A stretch of DNA of 61,148 nucleotides, counting the filler. It is 7 parts of 7 records of this genome, joined end to end, with 100 filler letters (N's around TTAATTAATTAA, not from the genome) between each part and the next. Parts side by side here need not be neighbours in the genome. Positions count along the whole stretch, not along the records: positions 28,601 to 33,926 come from SRR31147125_28137; positions 34,027 to 42,146 come from SRR31147125_28175; 5 more parts are not named here. One strand, written 5' to 3'. Every line of letters starts with the position of its first letter. The first letter of the stretch is position 1. Below are positions 30,489 through 41,633 of this stretch, piece after piece. A model generated the notes under the pieces. The model did no database searches. It was not told the origin of the DNA and was given only the letters and a program-made list of their open reading frames with translations. The position numbers and the translations under genes were made by a program.

Positions 30489-30734
30489 TTATGCTCTTGA
30501 ACGTTTGAAAAGCGTAGTAGAAGAAATGGGGGAGTAGTAGATAAAAAACTTATCAAGAAACTGCGCGACCACCACAGATTTAATACCGTATTCTTCAACA
30601 TGAAAGCTGTGCGCGCTGTCTTTTAGGCGCTCCAAAAAGCGGTGCGTATCGTCATTCGTCATCGCTTCTTTATAATCCAGAATCATAATGATGTCTTTCT
30701 TTGGAACCATTACGTCTTTTCCGATGTGGAGCAT
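30489..30734 (-). CDS. remB: DUF370 / RemB (YaaB) family protein
   Basis: 'LHIG.D..V..KDII.ILD', 'KS.V', 'YYSPISSTTLFKR'; canonical position upstream of gyrB. Confidence 0.85.
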   Translation of the reverse strand: MLHIGKDVMVPKKDIIMILDYKEAMTNDDTHRFLERLKDSAHSFHVEEYGIKSVVVAQFLDKFFIYYSPISSTTLFKRSRA

Positions 30735-30896
30735 GAACGTGTCTCCTCGCCAGTGAATACTGATGTTTTCTTCTATATATTATATACAAAAACCGTACAT
30801 ATTAAAAGAGAAAAATCATATAATGCGCCTTTTTTCATAGTTTTATCCCTATGAGCAATAGGAAGTATTCTCCTCTTCTTGATAACGTTACGCTTA

Positions 30897-30925
30897 TTGC
30901 ACCCTCCGCCAAAAACATATATACT
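30897..30925 (+). promoter_or_regulatory. Putative sigmaA promoter of purL
   Basis: TTGCAC-17 nt-TATACT about 105 nt upstream of ATG 31032. Confidence 0.5.
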
Positions 30926-31031
30926 AAAATCGCCAGCAGCAGACCAAAACAAAGCATCGGTTTTCCACAAAACGTCCGTGTTTTGTGCTGAGCATATGAA
31001 TATAAGATTTTTCATACAAAGGAGATCATTT

Positions 31032-33926
31032 ATGTCGGCAGTACGTCGAATCTACGTAGAGAAAAAGCATGGCTTTGATATCGCGGCCAATAAGGCTCGC
31101 ACAGACTTTACCGAGACGCTCGGCAAGACAAGCCTGAAAAATGTCCGTATCCTGATACGGTATGACATCGAAAACCTGTCGGAAAACGACTTTGCCGCAG
31201 CAGCGCACACTGTGTTTTCCGAACCCTCCGTCGACACCGTATACGAAGACAGCTATCCAAAAGCGGCTGACGAAATGTCATTTGCGGTGGAATACCTGCC
31301 CGGCAGTACGACCAACGCGCAGACAGCGCGGCGCAATGTACCGAGCTGCTGACAAAAAACAACCGTCCGTCCGTCAAATGCGCAACCGTATATGTGCTGA
31401 GCGGCGCAAGCGAGAAGGATTTGGACGACATCAAGTGCTATGTCATCAATCCGGTTGACTCCAGAGAAGCAAGCGAAGAAAAGCCCGAAACACTTCAGGA
31501 AAACCTTCCCGCACCGGACGATGTGGCAGTAATGGACGACTTTATCGCACTTGATGCGGACGGTCTGAACGAGTTCCGCAGAGAGTGGGGACTCGCGATG
31601 AGTGCAGAGGATATCGCGCACGTACAGAACTATTTCAAAAACGATGAGCAACGCGACCCGACCGAAGCGGAAATCCGTGTCATCGACACATACTGGTCGG
31701 ATCATTGCCGTCATACCACTTTTTTAACGCGGCTTGATAGCGTTACGTTTGACGAGAGCGCAAAGCAGGCAGAAGTCATCTACAACGAATATCTGAAAAC
31801 ACGCAAAAAGCTATACGGCGATCGAAAAAGACATCTGTCTGATGGATATCGCGACACTATACGGCAAAGAAGCCAAAGCGAAGGGGCTGATGGCTGATTT
31901 CGACGAAAGCGAAGAGATTAACGCATGCTCGATCAAACAAAAGGTTGTTGTGGACGGCGAGGAAAAAGACTACCTCGTCATGTTCAAAAACGAAACGCAC
32001 AACCATCCGACAGAGATTGAACCGTTCGGCGGTGCGGCAACGTGCCTCGGGGGCGCAATTCGCGACCCATTGTCGGGCAGATCATACGTATACCACGCGA
32101 TGCGTGTAACAGGCAGCGGCGACCCTCGCGAGAAAATTGAAGACACCATGCCCGGCAAGCTTCCGCAGAGAAAAATATCCAAGGAAGCCGCACACGGCTA
32201 TTCCTCATACGGCAACCAGATCGGGCTCGCGACAGGTCTAGTGAATGAAATCTATCACGACGGATATAAAGCAAAGCGCATGGAAATCGGCGCGGTTGTC
32301 GCAAGCGCACCTGCCGAAAACGTGATACGTGAGCGTCCCGCTCCAGGCGATATCGTACTGCTGCTCGGCGGCGCGACGGGGCGCGACGGCTGCGGCGGCG
32401 CAACAGGCTCATCCAAAGCGCACGACACTACATCCATTGATGAATGCGGTGCAGAAGTTCAAAAAGGTAACCCGCCTGTCGAAAGAAAACTTCAGCGGTT
32501 GTTCCGAAACGGCGAATTTTCACAGCTCATCAAGCGATGTAACGACTTTGGTGCAGGCGGCGTGTGCGTCGCCATCGGCGAGCTTGCGGACAGTCTCGAT
32601 ATCAACCTCGACAACGTGCGCAAGAAATATGAAGGTCTTTCCGGTGTCGAGCTCGCGATCTCCGAAAGTCAAGAACGCATGGCAATCGTGATTAACCCAA
32701 AAGACAAAGAGAAGGCTTTTGCCATGGCTGCAGCGGAAAACCTGCATATCGCCGAAGTCGCAACGATTACAGACTCAGGCGCAATGCGCTTGTTTTGGCG
32801 CGGTGCGCCAATTGTGAGCTTAAAACGCGCGTTCCTCGACACTAACGGCGCAACGGCAGTCGCGAGCGCACGCATTACTAATTTAAACACAGACGGTATT
32901 TTCGACGAACCGTTTACAGGTAATCTTTCCGAAAGGCTCTCGTCAATGATGTCCGACCTCAATATCTGCTCACAAAAAGGGCTGATCGAGATGTTCGACT
33001 CGACGATTGGTGCTTCTTCAGTAACCATGCCGCTTGGCGGGGCAAGTCAATTAACGCCCACACAAGCGATGGCGGCCAAAGTAGCGGCAGGCGGCGAATG
33101 CGATACCGCCAGCTTGTTCAGCTATGGCTTTGACCCGTTCCTCTCCGAACAGAACCCGATGCTCGGCTCGGTGTATGCCGTTATTCTTTCGCTAGCGAAG
33201 CTAACCGCTACAGGCGGCGACACACAGCGCGCATGGCTGACATTTCAAGAATATTTCGAACGAATGACAAACGAAGACGTTTGGGGTAAGCCGCTTTCCG
33301 CACTGCTCGGCGCGTGGTGGGCGCAGCGACATATGGGAACGCCTGCAATTGGCGGCAAGGATTCGATGTCGGGTACGTTTGAAGACATTCACGTTCCGCC
33401 CACGCTTGTATCGTTCGCGGTATGTACGGAAGAAGCGTCCAAGGTGGTCTCGCCCGAATTCAAAGCATCGGGTAACACAATCTATCGCGTGCGCATTGCG
33501 CGCGACAACACGGGTATGCCGGATTTCGATAGTGCCAAAGATGCATATACAAAGGTGTATAGCGCTATCCAAAGCGGCAAAGCCGTATCTGCCTACGCAG
33601 TAGAGCGCGGTGGCGTACTCGCGGGTATCGCGAAAATGGCGCTTGGCAACGGTATTGGCGCAAAGCTTACCGGCAGCTTAGACGACATGACAAACAAAGC
33701 ATACGGCGATATTATTCTCGAAGGCAACGACCTCGATTTTGAAATCATCGGGAATACGGAAGGCGATGCTATTATGCTGAATAGCGAAAGCGTATCCGTT
33801 TGCGAGCTAACAAGAACGTTTGAAGCGCCGCTTTCCAAGGTGTATCCCGCACACGCACCGACAAAAGGTAACGTACCCAGCGATCTATATATTCCAAAAA
33901 CCGTGCATGTTTACTCGGGCGAAAAG
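31032..33926 (+). CDS. purL: Phosphoribosylformylglycinamidine synthase, large single-chain type (3'-truncated; frameshifts near 31305 and 31830)
   Basis: 'RRIYVEKK', 'DTYWSDHCRHTTF', 'FKNETHNHPTEIEPFGGAATCLGGAIRDP', 'NDFGAGG', 'ISESQERM', 'GGKDSMSG'. Confidence 0.95.
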
Positions 33927-34026
33927 NNNNNNNNNNNNNNNNNNNNNNNNNNNNNNNNNNNNNNNNNNNNTTAATTAATTAANNNNNNNNNNNNNNNNNN
34001 NNNNNNNNNNNNNNNNNNNNNNNNNN
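33927..34026. other. Artificial contig linker
   Basis: N44-TTAATTAATTAA-N44. Confidence 0.98.
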
Positions 34027-34784
34027 GGAGACAATAGCCAACCCAAAATGCCAGAAGAGGGGGTTGTTGCTGAAGAAGAGAAGAAGAATTTTCCTCCCAG
34101 AACAATTGTATTGATAGTGCTGGTAGCCCTGGCGGGTTCTTTTGCTGTCTATACAAACTTCTTTGCTAATAAGAAAAAAGTGCTCCGAAGCCCGCGCCAT
34201 TTAGTAAGCCAGCACCTCAAGCAGAGCAACCTAAGCCAGATAAGGTTGAGATGGCTGATGTCAATATAGTCAAGAAGACGAGTGCAAAAGATTATGAAAT
34301 GTCTGATGAGGCAAAAGCCCTTTTTAATCAGGGCGAACAACTTTTTGAAAAAGGTTCGTTCGATATTGCGTTGGCAAGATTTAAAGAGGCTTTAATTTTA
34401 GCTCCTAAGTCTGCTCAAATCTTAAATAGTATGGGGCTGGTTTTCAAGCGTAAAGGTGAGCCTGAAAGAGCCGAAAAATACTATGTTAGAGCGATTCAAA
34501 GTGATCCAAAATGTGCAGAATGTTTAAATAACTTGGGTGTTCTTGAAGTTAGCCGTGGTGATTATGTAAATGCCGTTATGCGTTTCAAAAAAGCTGTTGA
34601 AGCCTCTGAAACATACGCCGACCCTTATTTTAATCTGGGTGTTGTTATGGAGAAAGAGGGGAATTTCAAAAGCGCAGTTGAAAATTATAAAAAGTTTTTG
34701 ATGTACACTTCCACGAACGATGAAAATTTGAAGAAGATGATTCGTACTAGAATTGAAGACTTGGTATTGAATTGGCAGAATTAA
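34027..34784 (+). CDS. Membrane-anchored TPR protein (5'-truncated; frameshift in the A-run near 34175)
   Basis: TM helix 'TIVLIVLVALAGSFAVY', Pro-rich linker, about four TPRs ('LNNLGV', 'YFNLGV'). Confidence 0.75.
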
Positions 34785-34800
34785 TAATAAGAGAGATTAA

Positions 34801-35862
34801 ATGATAAATCTTCAGTCAATATTTGGAATGATGAAGTCGAAAAGGTCTACAGGCTGTGATCTAGGGGCCTCTTGTCTAAAAGTTGTAAAATTGGATAAAG
34901 CTGAAAAGAAGGTTAAGCTTGTCTCTAAGGGGGTTGCAAAAATACCAAGTCTGTTGAGTGCAAATGAGAGAGCTCAAAGTATAGAGAATTTCTTGCAAGA
35001 GAATGACTTGCTCCCCGAAGGTCAAATAAGAGTCAATATTGAAGATTCTTCACTCAGAATTCGTCGAATGGATCTTCCCAAAATGCCCGATCGCGATCTT
35101 AAGACAGCCATTCGTTGGAACTTTAGAGAGTATGTAGATGGCTCTATAGAAAATTATATTACAAATCATCTTCCAGTTAAGGGTGTTATGGAAGAGGGGA
35201 AGCTTTCTATCTCCGCTTTTTGTGTTTCAAGGGAGTCGGTTGAGGATAGGCAAGCTTTGATGAAGGCCGCAGGGGTTAGAGTTTCTGTGGTTGAACCTAA
35301 TGCAACAGCATTGATGGCAGCATTCAATTTTAATTATAGAAGTGCTAATAAATACTATGTGTTGCTAGATTTGGGAGATAGTGTTTCTAATTTTATTGTT
35401 ATCGGAAATGGTTCATTAATGTTTTCAAGACCCTTGTCAAATTTAAGCGGAAAAGATTTGGTTGATATGGTTGCTCAAAATTTGGCGCTAATGCAAGAGG
35501 GTGCAGATGAAGCCCTAAAGAAGTATTTGCTGGATGTGAGTAAAAATGAGCTTGTTGAAGATGAAAAGAGTAAAAAGATTTCAGATAGTATTTCTACATT
35601 TATTTCTCAACTAGTTGTCGATATTCAGAGATCAGTAGATGCTTTCTGCTTGATGTATAAAAAAGACAGAGTCGATAAGATGTTTTTGTGTGGTGGTGGG
35701 ATTTGTTTGCCCGAAATTGTTAAACGTTTGTCAAGTGGTCTAGGTATTGATGTTGATCTTTTCAATCCCTTTAATAACATTGCTGGGGCAGAAGAAATCA
35801 GTAAATTGAATACAGCACCTTTGTATGCTGTTGCACTTGGTTTGGCTTTGCCTTGGGAGTAA
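34801..35862 (+). CDS. pilM: Type IV pilus assembly actin-like protein PilM
   Basis: 'GCDLGASCLKVV', 'LLDLG', 'FLCGGG', 'FNPF', 'YAVALGLAL'. Confidence 0.85.
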   Translation: MINLQSIFGMMKSKRSTGCDLGASCLKVVKLDKAEKKVKLVSKGVAKIPSLLSANERAQSIENFLQENDLLPEGQIRVNIEDSSLRIRRMDLPKMPDRDLKTAIRWNFREYVDGSIENYITNHLPVKGVMEEGKLSISAFCVSRESVEDRQALMKAAGVRVSVVEPNATALMAAFNFNYRSANKYYVLLDLGDSVSNFIVIGNGSLMFSRPLSNLSGKDLVDMVAQNLALMQEGADEALKKYLLDVSKNELVEDEKSKKISDSISTFISQLVVDIQRSVDAFCLMYKKDRVDKMFLCGGGICLPEIVKRLSSGLGIDVDLFNPFNNIAGAEEISKLNTAPLYAVALGLALPWE

Positions 35863-35864
35863 GA

Positions 35865-36437
35865 ATGGCGAATAGAGTTAATTTTATAGAAAAAGGAGCC
35901 AGCCTACTCACCTATAAAAAAATGGTGATTTATGGTGTTATTTGGTTTGTTTTTTGTTTGGGTATATTTGTGGTTGAGAAGGGCTACGTTTGGTGGCTAG
36001 ATAAGCGCGTTACAACAGAAAAAAGCGTCCTTACAAAGCTTAATGCCAGAAAAGAGCGAACTATGGCTTTGCTGGAAGCTTCAAAGACGAAACAGACAGG
36101 CCCAGATGTAAAAGAACTATCGCATGTCTATTCGAGTTTTCCTAACTGGTCTAAGGTTTTGTCAACATTGGCTGACAATATGCCAACGCAGGTCTGGCTA
36201 ACTTCAGTTAAGGCTCAGTTTTTATCTCAAGATTCTCTATACAGAAGACTTGAAATTGCGGGTGTTGGAAAAAATAACACTTCAATTGCGAGATTTGTTA
36301 AAAGACTGAATAGTAATCCTATATTTAGAAATATGGTTTTGCATAAATCAAAGAAGAGAGAAGATGACAAAATTGGTTTGGGGTACGACTTTACGATTGT
36401 GGGCGAGGTTAGGTTTAAGGAAAAAATATGGAATTAG
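35865..36437 (+). CDS. pilN: PilN-like protein
   Basis: N-terminal 'RVNF', TM, coiled coil, 'MPTQVWLTS'. Confidence 0.75.
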   Translation: MANRVNFIEKGASLLTYKKMVIYGVIWFVFCLGIFVVEKGYVWWLDKRVTTEKSVLTKLNARKERTMALLEASKTKQTGPDVKELSHVYSSFPNWSKVLSTLADNMPTQVWLTSVKAQFLSQDSLYRRLEIAGVGKNNTSIARFVKRLNSNPIFRNMVLHKSKKREDDKIGLGYDFTIVGEVRFKEKIWN

Positions 36438-37066
36438 GCTTTTCTAAAATAGATTGGAATGAAGAGGGTAGCTCAAGAGAGAAAATCTACTTTTTTGTTA
36501 TTCTTGGGTTGATCGTTTTTGCTATGTTGAGAGTTTTTTGGCTTCCGACATTACAGGGGATAAAAAAGAAATCTAAGGATCTAGATAATATTAAAATGCA
36601 GATCCAGACCCTCGAAAAATTTATAAATATTGATAAACAGATGATTACAAAAACCGATGCTGGCAAGATTAAGGTTGCTAATAAACAGATGCAGGCAATC
36701 CTAGATAGGATGTCCGGCGATCCTCAAAACATTATTGCAGAGGTTATCAGCGAGATTACTATAACCAGGTTTATGGGTAGTGTTCAGCTGGAAAGTCTCT
36801 CTTTTGGAAGCCCTCAGGCTCAAAGTGGTTATACATCTGTTCCTGTTACATTAAATGTCTTGGGTACTTTTTCAGCGTTACAGAATTATCTATCTAGATT
36901 AGAAAAATTAAACTTTCTCTTTACTGTAGATAATGTAGAGATGGAGGTTTCAGAAGGCTCCGGAGGAGTTATAAACGCTAAACTTGAGACAAAAATATAT
37001 ATAAGTGGTTTAGAGGCTCCAGGTGCTTCCACTGCAGGGAAACAAAAAGCAAAGGGTAAAAAATGA
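36428..37066 (+). CDS. pilO: PilO-like protein
   Basis: TM plus coiled coil; 'VPVTLNVLGTFSALQNYLSRLEKL'. Confidence 0.75.
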   Translation: MELGFSKIDWNEEGSSREKIYFFVILGLIVFAMLRVFWLPTLQGIKKKSKDLDNIKMQIQTLEKFINIDKQMITKTDAGKIKVANKQMQAILDRMSGDPQNIIAEVISEITITRFMGSVQLESLSFGSPQAQSGYTSVPVTLNVLGTFSALQNYLSRLEKLNFLFTVDNVEMEVSEGSGGVINAKLETKIYISGLEAPGASTAGKQKAKGKK

Positions 37067-37431
37067 AGAAAAAAATAGTTTTTTTAATTGGTGTATCGCT
37101 AATAATGATTCCATCGCTTGCAGTATTTTCACAGTCTATGTCTGAGTTGGATATAAGTGGTTTTGAATCTCAAGAGGATAGAGTTACTTCAAGTGCTGTT
37201 AAAAGTCCTTTTTCTCAGACACAGCCCGCAATGGAAGATTTGGTGATTGAAGATCTATTTTTAACAGGGATAGCTATTGGACGCTATAAAAGCTATGCAT
37301 TGATAAGTGGCCATATTTTATCAGAAGGCGATAGCATTGCAGGTCTAAAAGTCAGATCGATTACAAAGGATAAAGTGATATTACAGCATCTAGACAAAAT
37401 TCATAAATTATCACTAGAGGGAGGACTATAA
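37063..37431 (+). CDS. PilP/GspC-like small exported protein
   Basis: Signal peptide, 'SPF', 'LTGIA...ALISG....EGD.I.G..V..I....V.L'; sits between pilO and the secretin. Confidence 0.6.
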   Translation: MKKKIVFLIGVSLIMIPSLAVFSQSMSELDISGFESQEDRVTSSAVKSPFSQTQPAMEDLVIEDLFLTGIAIGRYKSYALISGHILSEGDSIAGLKVRSITKDKVILQHLDKIHKLSLEGGL

Positions 37432-38912
37432 TGTATAAACGTTTAGCAAGTATTATTGTCTGCCTTTCTCTTATCGTGACTTTTGTGTCTCCTGGAGTTT
37501 CTCAGGATACTGGTACTGCATCATCATATTTACCAAGTGCAGCAAGACAGGGTGGTATGGATAGATATACTGTTGTTTTGAGAGATGCCGAGTTGAAAGA
37601 GGCCTTAAGGTTTTTGGGTAAGGTTGCGGGGCTTAACATTATGATTCCTGAAGAGATTACCGGCGCTGTTAATGTTAATTTTCGTCAAGTCCCAATAATG
37701 GATGCAATAAATTCTATCGTTAGAGCCAATGGTCTTGATTATGCGATAGAGCGCGGAGTTTTAAGGATTGGCGATACTGAGAATTTTTCAAATACCGGCG
37801 AAGATTTAAAGACAGAGACAATTCGTCTTAAGTTTGCAACAGCTGCTGATCTAACAGATAAAATTAAAGATCTTCTTACGAAGAGAGGGTCGGTTCTTGC
37901 GGATGAAAGAACGAATTCCTTGGTAGTAAGAGAAAGAACTGCAAATATTGACAATGTAAGAAGATTTATAAAGGATATTGATATTAGAGATTCACAGGTC
38001 TTGATTGAAGCAAAGATTGTTGAGGCTACAAGAGATTTTACTCGTAATATAGGTGTTCAATGGGGTGTTAACTCTGGTGCCAATAAGGTTAATGTAGTTG
38101 GGCTAAGTGCCGTTGGCCAATCAGATGCAGGACGTAATTTGAATGTAAACTTGCCCGCTAATAACCCAACCTCTGGTATTGGTATGATTATTGGTACCTT
38201 GGCAGGGGCGACTAATATCGATATACAGATATCTGCAGCCGAGCAGAAGGGTGATGCAAGAATTATTTCTGAACCGTCAATTGTTACTTCTAACGGTGTT
38301 ACAGCAAAAATAAGAAGTGGTGAGACTTTGCTTATTAAGACGACGGGTGACTTGAATATAGGAACTTCTACTACTTCGGGTAGTACGGGTCTTCATGAAA
38401 TTGAGACTGGTGTTGAGCTTAATGTTACACCGCAAATTTCGATTGGAAATCTTGTTAAATTGAAGATTAATGCGACAACATCTCAACCCGATTTTGCAAG
38501 AGAGGTCGAGGGAATCCCGGTTATTGTTGATAATACAGCATCTACAGAAGTTTTGGTCCTAAACGGTCAGACAACCGTTATTGGTGGTTTGTTTAAATTT
38601 CAAGGTAGTGATACAAGACGTAATGTTCCTTTTTTCTCAAAGATTCCGCTTCTTGGAAATATGTTTAAATCAAAAAATAGAATGAAGAGAAATACCGAGT
38701 TGATGATCTTTATTAAACCAACGATTGTTAAGGCGATTGATCAGGTCTTGGAATATAATGCGGAAGCTGAGCGAGCCGAATCTTTGAAACAGGGTCTTAT
38801 TGTTGCCCCAAATGAGAAAAAAGTCAGAAAGAATAAGACAAGCGATACCCGAGATAGACCTGTTCGTAGAAATCATCATTTGAGATACAGAACTCGTAGA
38901 AGTTCCCACTAA
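37431..38912 (+). CDS. pilQ: PilQ-type secretin (short, no AMIN domains)
   Basis: 'DERTNSLVV', 'QVLIEAKIVE', 'NGQTTVIGGL', 'VPFFSKIPLLGNMFK', 'ELMIFIKPTIV'. Confidence 0.9.
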   Translation: MYKRLASIIVCLSLIVTFVSPGVSQDTGTASSYLPSAARQGGMDRYTVVLRDAELKEALRFLGKVAGLNIMIPEEITGAVNVNFRQVPIMDAINSIVRANGLDYAIERGVLRIGDTENFSNTGEDLKTETIRLKFATAADLTDKIKDLLTKRGSVLADERTNSLVVRERTANIDNVRRFIKDIDIRDSQVLIEAKIVEATRDFTRNIGVQWGVNSGANKVNVVGLSAVGQSDAGRNLNVNLPANNPTSGIGMIIGTLAGATNIDIQISAAEQKGDARIISEPSIVTSNGVTAKIRSGETLLIKTTGDLNIGTSTTSGSTGLHEIETGVELNVTPQISIGNLVKLKINATTSQPDFAREVEGIPVIVDNTASTEVLVLNGQTTVIGGLFKFQGSDTRRNVPFFSKIPLLGNMFKSKNRMKRNTELMIFIKPTIVKAIDQVLEYNAEAERAESLKQGLIVAPNEKKVRKNKTSDTRDRPVRRNHHLRYRTRRSSH

Positions 38913-39008
38913 TAATCAATTCTAATAAGTGCAATAATAGTTGTTTTTCCCAAAATTTTCCTTGCGGGAGATTTTTAGAAGTGTATATTTCGGGCTCTGA
39001 GGTCTGAA

Positions 39009-40766
39009 ATGGAAACTAATGATATTAGCTTAGGAATTGTTGGTTCTGGCGGAGATGGTGTTGTTGCTGCCGGAGAAATTTTAACTTCATTTGCAGCTAG
39101 TGTTGGTCTTAGTTGCATCATGGTCAAAAGCTTTGGTCCCCAGATTCGAGGGGGTGAAAGTTCCTGCCGTCTGAGAATATCTGGTGAAAAGATTTTTTCA
39201 AATGGTAGTGGCCTAAGGGTTTTGGTCTGTCTGAATTGGATGGATTATCAACGCTTCAGTGGCGAGCTTGAAGTCGAAGATGATGTTATTATCTTAATGG
39301 ATGAGGATGATGATATTGCATCAGACAAAATTCCTGTAAAAGGCGCTAAAAGACGCTCTGTCTACAATATCCCTTTTGCGAGTCTTTCTAAAGAGGCTAA
39401 GAATTCCAAGGGTAAGAATATGATTGTTCTTGGTCTTCTTACAGAGTCTTTGGGTCTTCCTGCTGATAAGATTGAAGAAGCCATAAAGAAGAAGTTCCAG
39501 AAGAAGAAAGCGGCTATTAGTGAAGCCAATTTGCTCTCTTTTAAAGTTGGTAGAGAATATGCCAAATCAAATCTTTCTAAAATTGATCTAAAATTTAAAT
39601 ATAAAAAGTCTAAACCGAAATATCTGATTACCGGTGACGAAGCGGTTGCTTTTGGGGCGCTCGCTGCGGGTTGTCGTTTTTATTCAAGTTATCCCATAAC
39701 TCCTGCAAGTGAGGTTATGGAATGGCTTGGAAAAGAATTGCCAAAGTTAGGTGGAACTGTTGTTCAAGCCGAAGATGAAATTTCTGCGATGTGTATGGTA
39801 ACAGGTGCTTCATACGGCGGTGTCAAGTCGATGACGGCAACGTCTGGACCTGGTCTTTCTCTAAAGCTTGAGGCTATTGGACTTGGTTGCATGGCGGAGC
39901 TTCCATATGTTGTTGTTGATGTTCAGAGAGGCGGGCCGTCAACCGGAATGCCGACAAAATCAGAGCAGGGTGATTTGAATCAGGCTATTTACGGTCTACA
40001 TGGTGATGCTCCTCATGCTGTAATGGCAGCATCTGATGTGGAGGATTGTTTTAGAGCAACGATAGAGGCCTTTAATGTTGCAGAAGGCTATCAGATGCCT
40101 GTTATCTTACTAACAGATCAAATTCTTGGGCACAGGAAAGAGACAGTTCGAGAGCTCAATTTTGAGGATGTTAACATTGTTGATCGCCTAAGGCCAAGGC
40201 AGTTATCAAAGGGCAAATACAAGCGCTTCCTAGATACGCCTGATGGTGTTTCCCCAATGACTTGGCCGGGAATTGAGAACGGACAGTATTTGTGTTCTGG
40301 TATTGAGCACGAAGAATCTGGGGCTCCAACTGCTAGTTATGATGTCCATGAGAAGATGTCAGAAAAGAGGAATAAGAAGCTTGTCGATCTTGAAAATAGC
40401 TTTAAATACATCAGAAGATTCGGTGATCGTACTCCAAAAGTTGGAGTTTTGGCCTGGGGATCTAACAAAGGGATTGTCAGAGAAGCTGTAGACTACTTTG
40501 TGGATAATAGAAACGCATCTGTTGGCAGTATAGTTCCTCAGTTGTTATATCCTCTACAAAGAGATATCTTTAAACAGTTTTTGGCATCCGTTGAGGTCCT
40601 GATTGTAGTTGAAAATTCGTTTACTGGCCAGTTTTTAAACTATTTAAAAACACAGTTGGACCTTCCTGAAAAAATTCTCCACTTAAAATCTGCAGGCGGA
40701 AAAATTTTTACAGTTCGAGACCTAACTGCTGAGATAGATAAAGCCCTATCTCAAATTGGTGAATAA
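39009..40766 (+). CDS. korA: 2-oxoacid:ferredoxin oxidoreductase, alpha(+gamma) subunit
   Basis: 'GSGGDG', 'QIRGGES', 'YPITPASE', 'QAEDEISA', 'TATSGPGLSL', 'QRGGPSTGMPT'. Confidence 0.92.
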   Translation: METNDISLGIVGSGGDGVVAAGEILTSFAASVGLSCIMVKSFGPQIRGGESSCRLRISGEKIFSNGSGLRVLVCLNWMDYQRFSGELEVEDDVIILMDEDDDIASDKIPVKGAKRRSVYNIPFASLSKEAKNSKGKNMIVLGLLTESLGLPADKIEEAIKKKFQKKKAAISEANLLSFKVGREYAKSNLSKIDLKFKYKKSKPKYLITGDEAVAFGALAAGCRFYSSYPITPASEVMEWLGKELPKLGGTVVQAEDEISAMCMVTGASYGGVKSMTATSGPGLSLKLEAIGLGCMAELPYVVVDVQRGGPSTGMPTKSEQGDLNQAIYGLHGDAPHAVMAASDVEDCFRATIEAFNVAEGYQMPVILLTDQILGHRKETVRELNFEDVNIVDRLRPRQLSKGKYKRFLDTPDGVSPMTWPGIENGQYLCSGIEHEESGAPTASYDVHEKMSEKRNKKLVDLENSFKYIRRFGDRTPKVGVLAWGSNKGIVREAVDYFVDNRNASVGSIVPQLLYPLQRDIFKQFLASVEVLIVVENSFTGQFLNYLKTQLDLPEKILHLKSAGGKIFTVRDLTAEIDKALSQIGE

Positions 40767-40767
40767 T

Positions 40768-41628
40768 ATGACAGATAAAATGAATCCAAAAGATTATATC
40801 TCTTCTCTAAAACCAATCTGGTGTGCTGGGTGTGGTGATTATGGTGTCTTGAATGCACTTTCAAAAGCCTTGGCGGAGTTTGGAAGACCAACAGAAGAGA
40901 TATCTGTTATCTCGGGAATTGGTTGCTCCTCCAGAATTCCAGGCTATCTAAATACTTATGGTTTCAATGCTATACATGGAAGAGCCATTCCCATTGCTTG
41001 TGGCTTGAAAGTTGCGAGACCCGAACTTGAAGTTATTGCAGTAGGCGGAGATGGCGATGGTTTCAGTATTGGCGGTGGTCATCTTGCTCATGTTGTTAGA
41101 AGAAATGTCGATATATCTTATTTTGTAATGGATAACTCGATTTATGGTTTAACAAAAGGACAGACCTCACCAACAACACCTAGAGGTGATATTACATCGA
41201 CAAGTTCGTATGGTAATGTCGATAGACCGATAAAGCCTTTGAGATTAATGTTGTCATATGGGGCAACGTTTGTTGCTCAAGCTACACCCCTCGACTTAAA
41301 GCATTTGTCGAAGATGATGATAGAAGCTATGAAGCATCCAGGTTTCTCTTTTGTGAATATCCTCTCACCATGTGTGACATATCGAGGAAAAGAGACATAC
41401 CAAGAGATAAAAAATAAGATGTACTATGTAGATAAAACAAAAGGTTATGATCCAACAGATTCTAGCAAGGCTTGGGATCTAATTTGTGATCCAGATAGAT
41501 ATTCGATGGGCGTCATCTATCAAAAACCTGCTAGAACATACCAAGATAAGGTTGAAGAGCTGAAGCAGAAAGCCGGAGTTGATAAAGGCTTTACTGTATC
41601 AGATGAAAGAGATCTTTTCTTGCCTTAA
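40768..41628 (+). CDS. korB: 2-oxoacid:ferredoxin oxidoreductase, beta subunit
   Basis: 'WCAGCGD', 'GIGCSS', TPP motif 'GGDGD...DN', 'YGLTKGQ.SPT', 'SPCVTY'. Confidence 0.92.
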   Translation: MTDKMNPKDYISSLKPIWCAGCGDYGVLNALSKALAEFGRPTEEISVISGIGCSSRIPGYLNTYGFNAIHGRAIPIACGLKVARPELEVIAVGGDGDGFSIGGGHLAHVVRRNVDISYFVMDNSIYGLTKGQTSPTTPRGDITSTSSYGNVDRPIKPLRLMLSYGATFVAQATPLDLKHLSKMMIEAMKHPGFSFVNILSPCVTYRGKETYQEIKNKMYYVDKTKGYDPTDSSKAWDLICDPDRYSMGVIYQKPARTYQDKVEELKQKAGVDKGFTVSDERDLFLP

Positions 41629-41633
41629 GTAAG

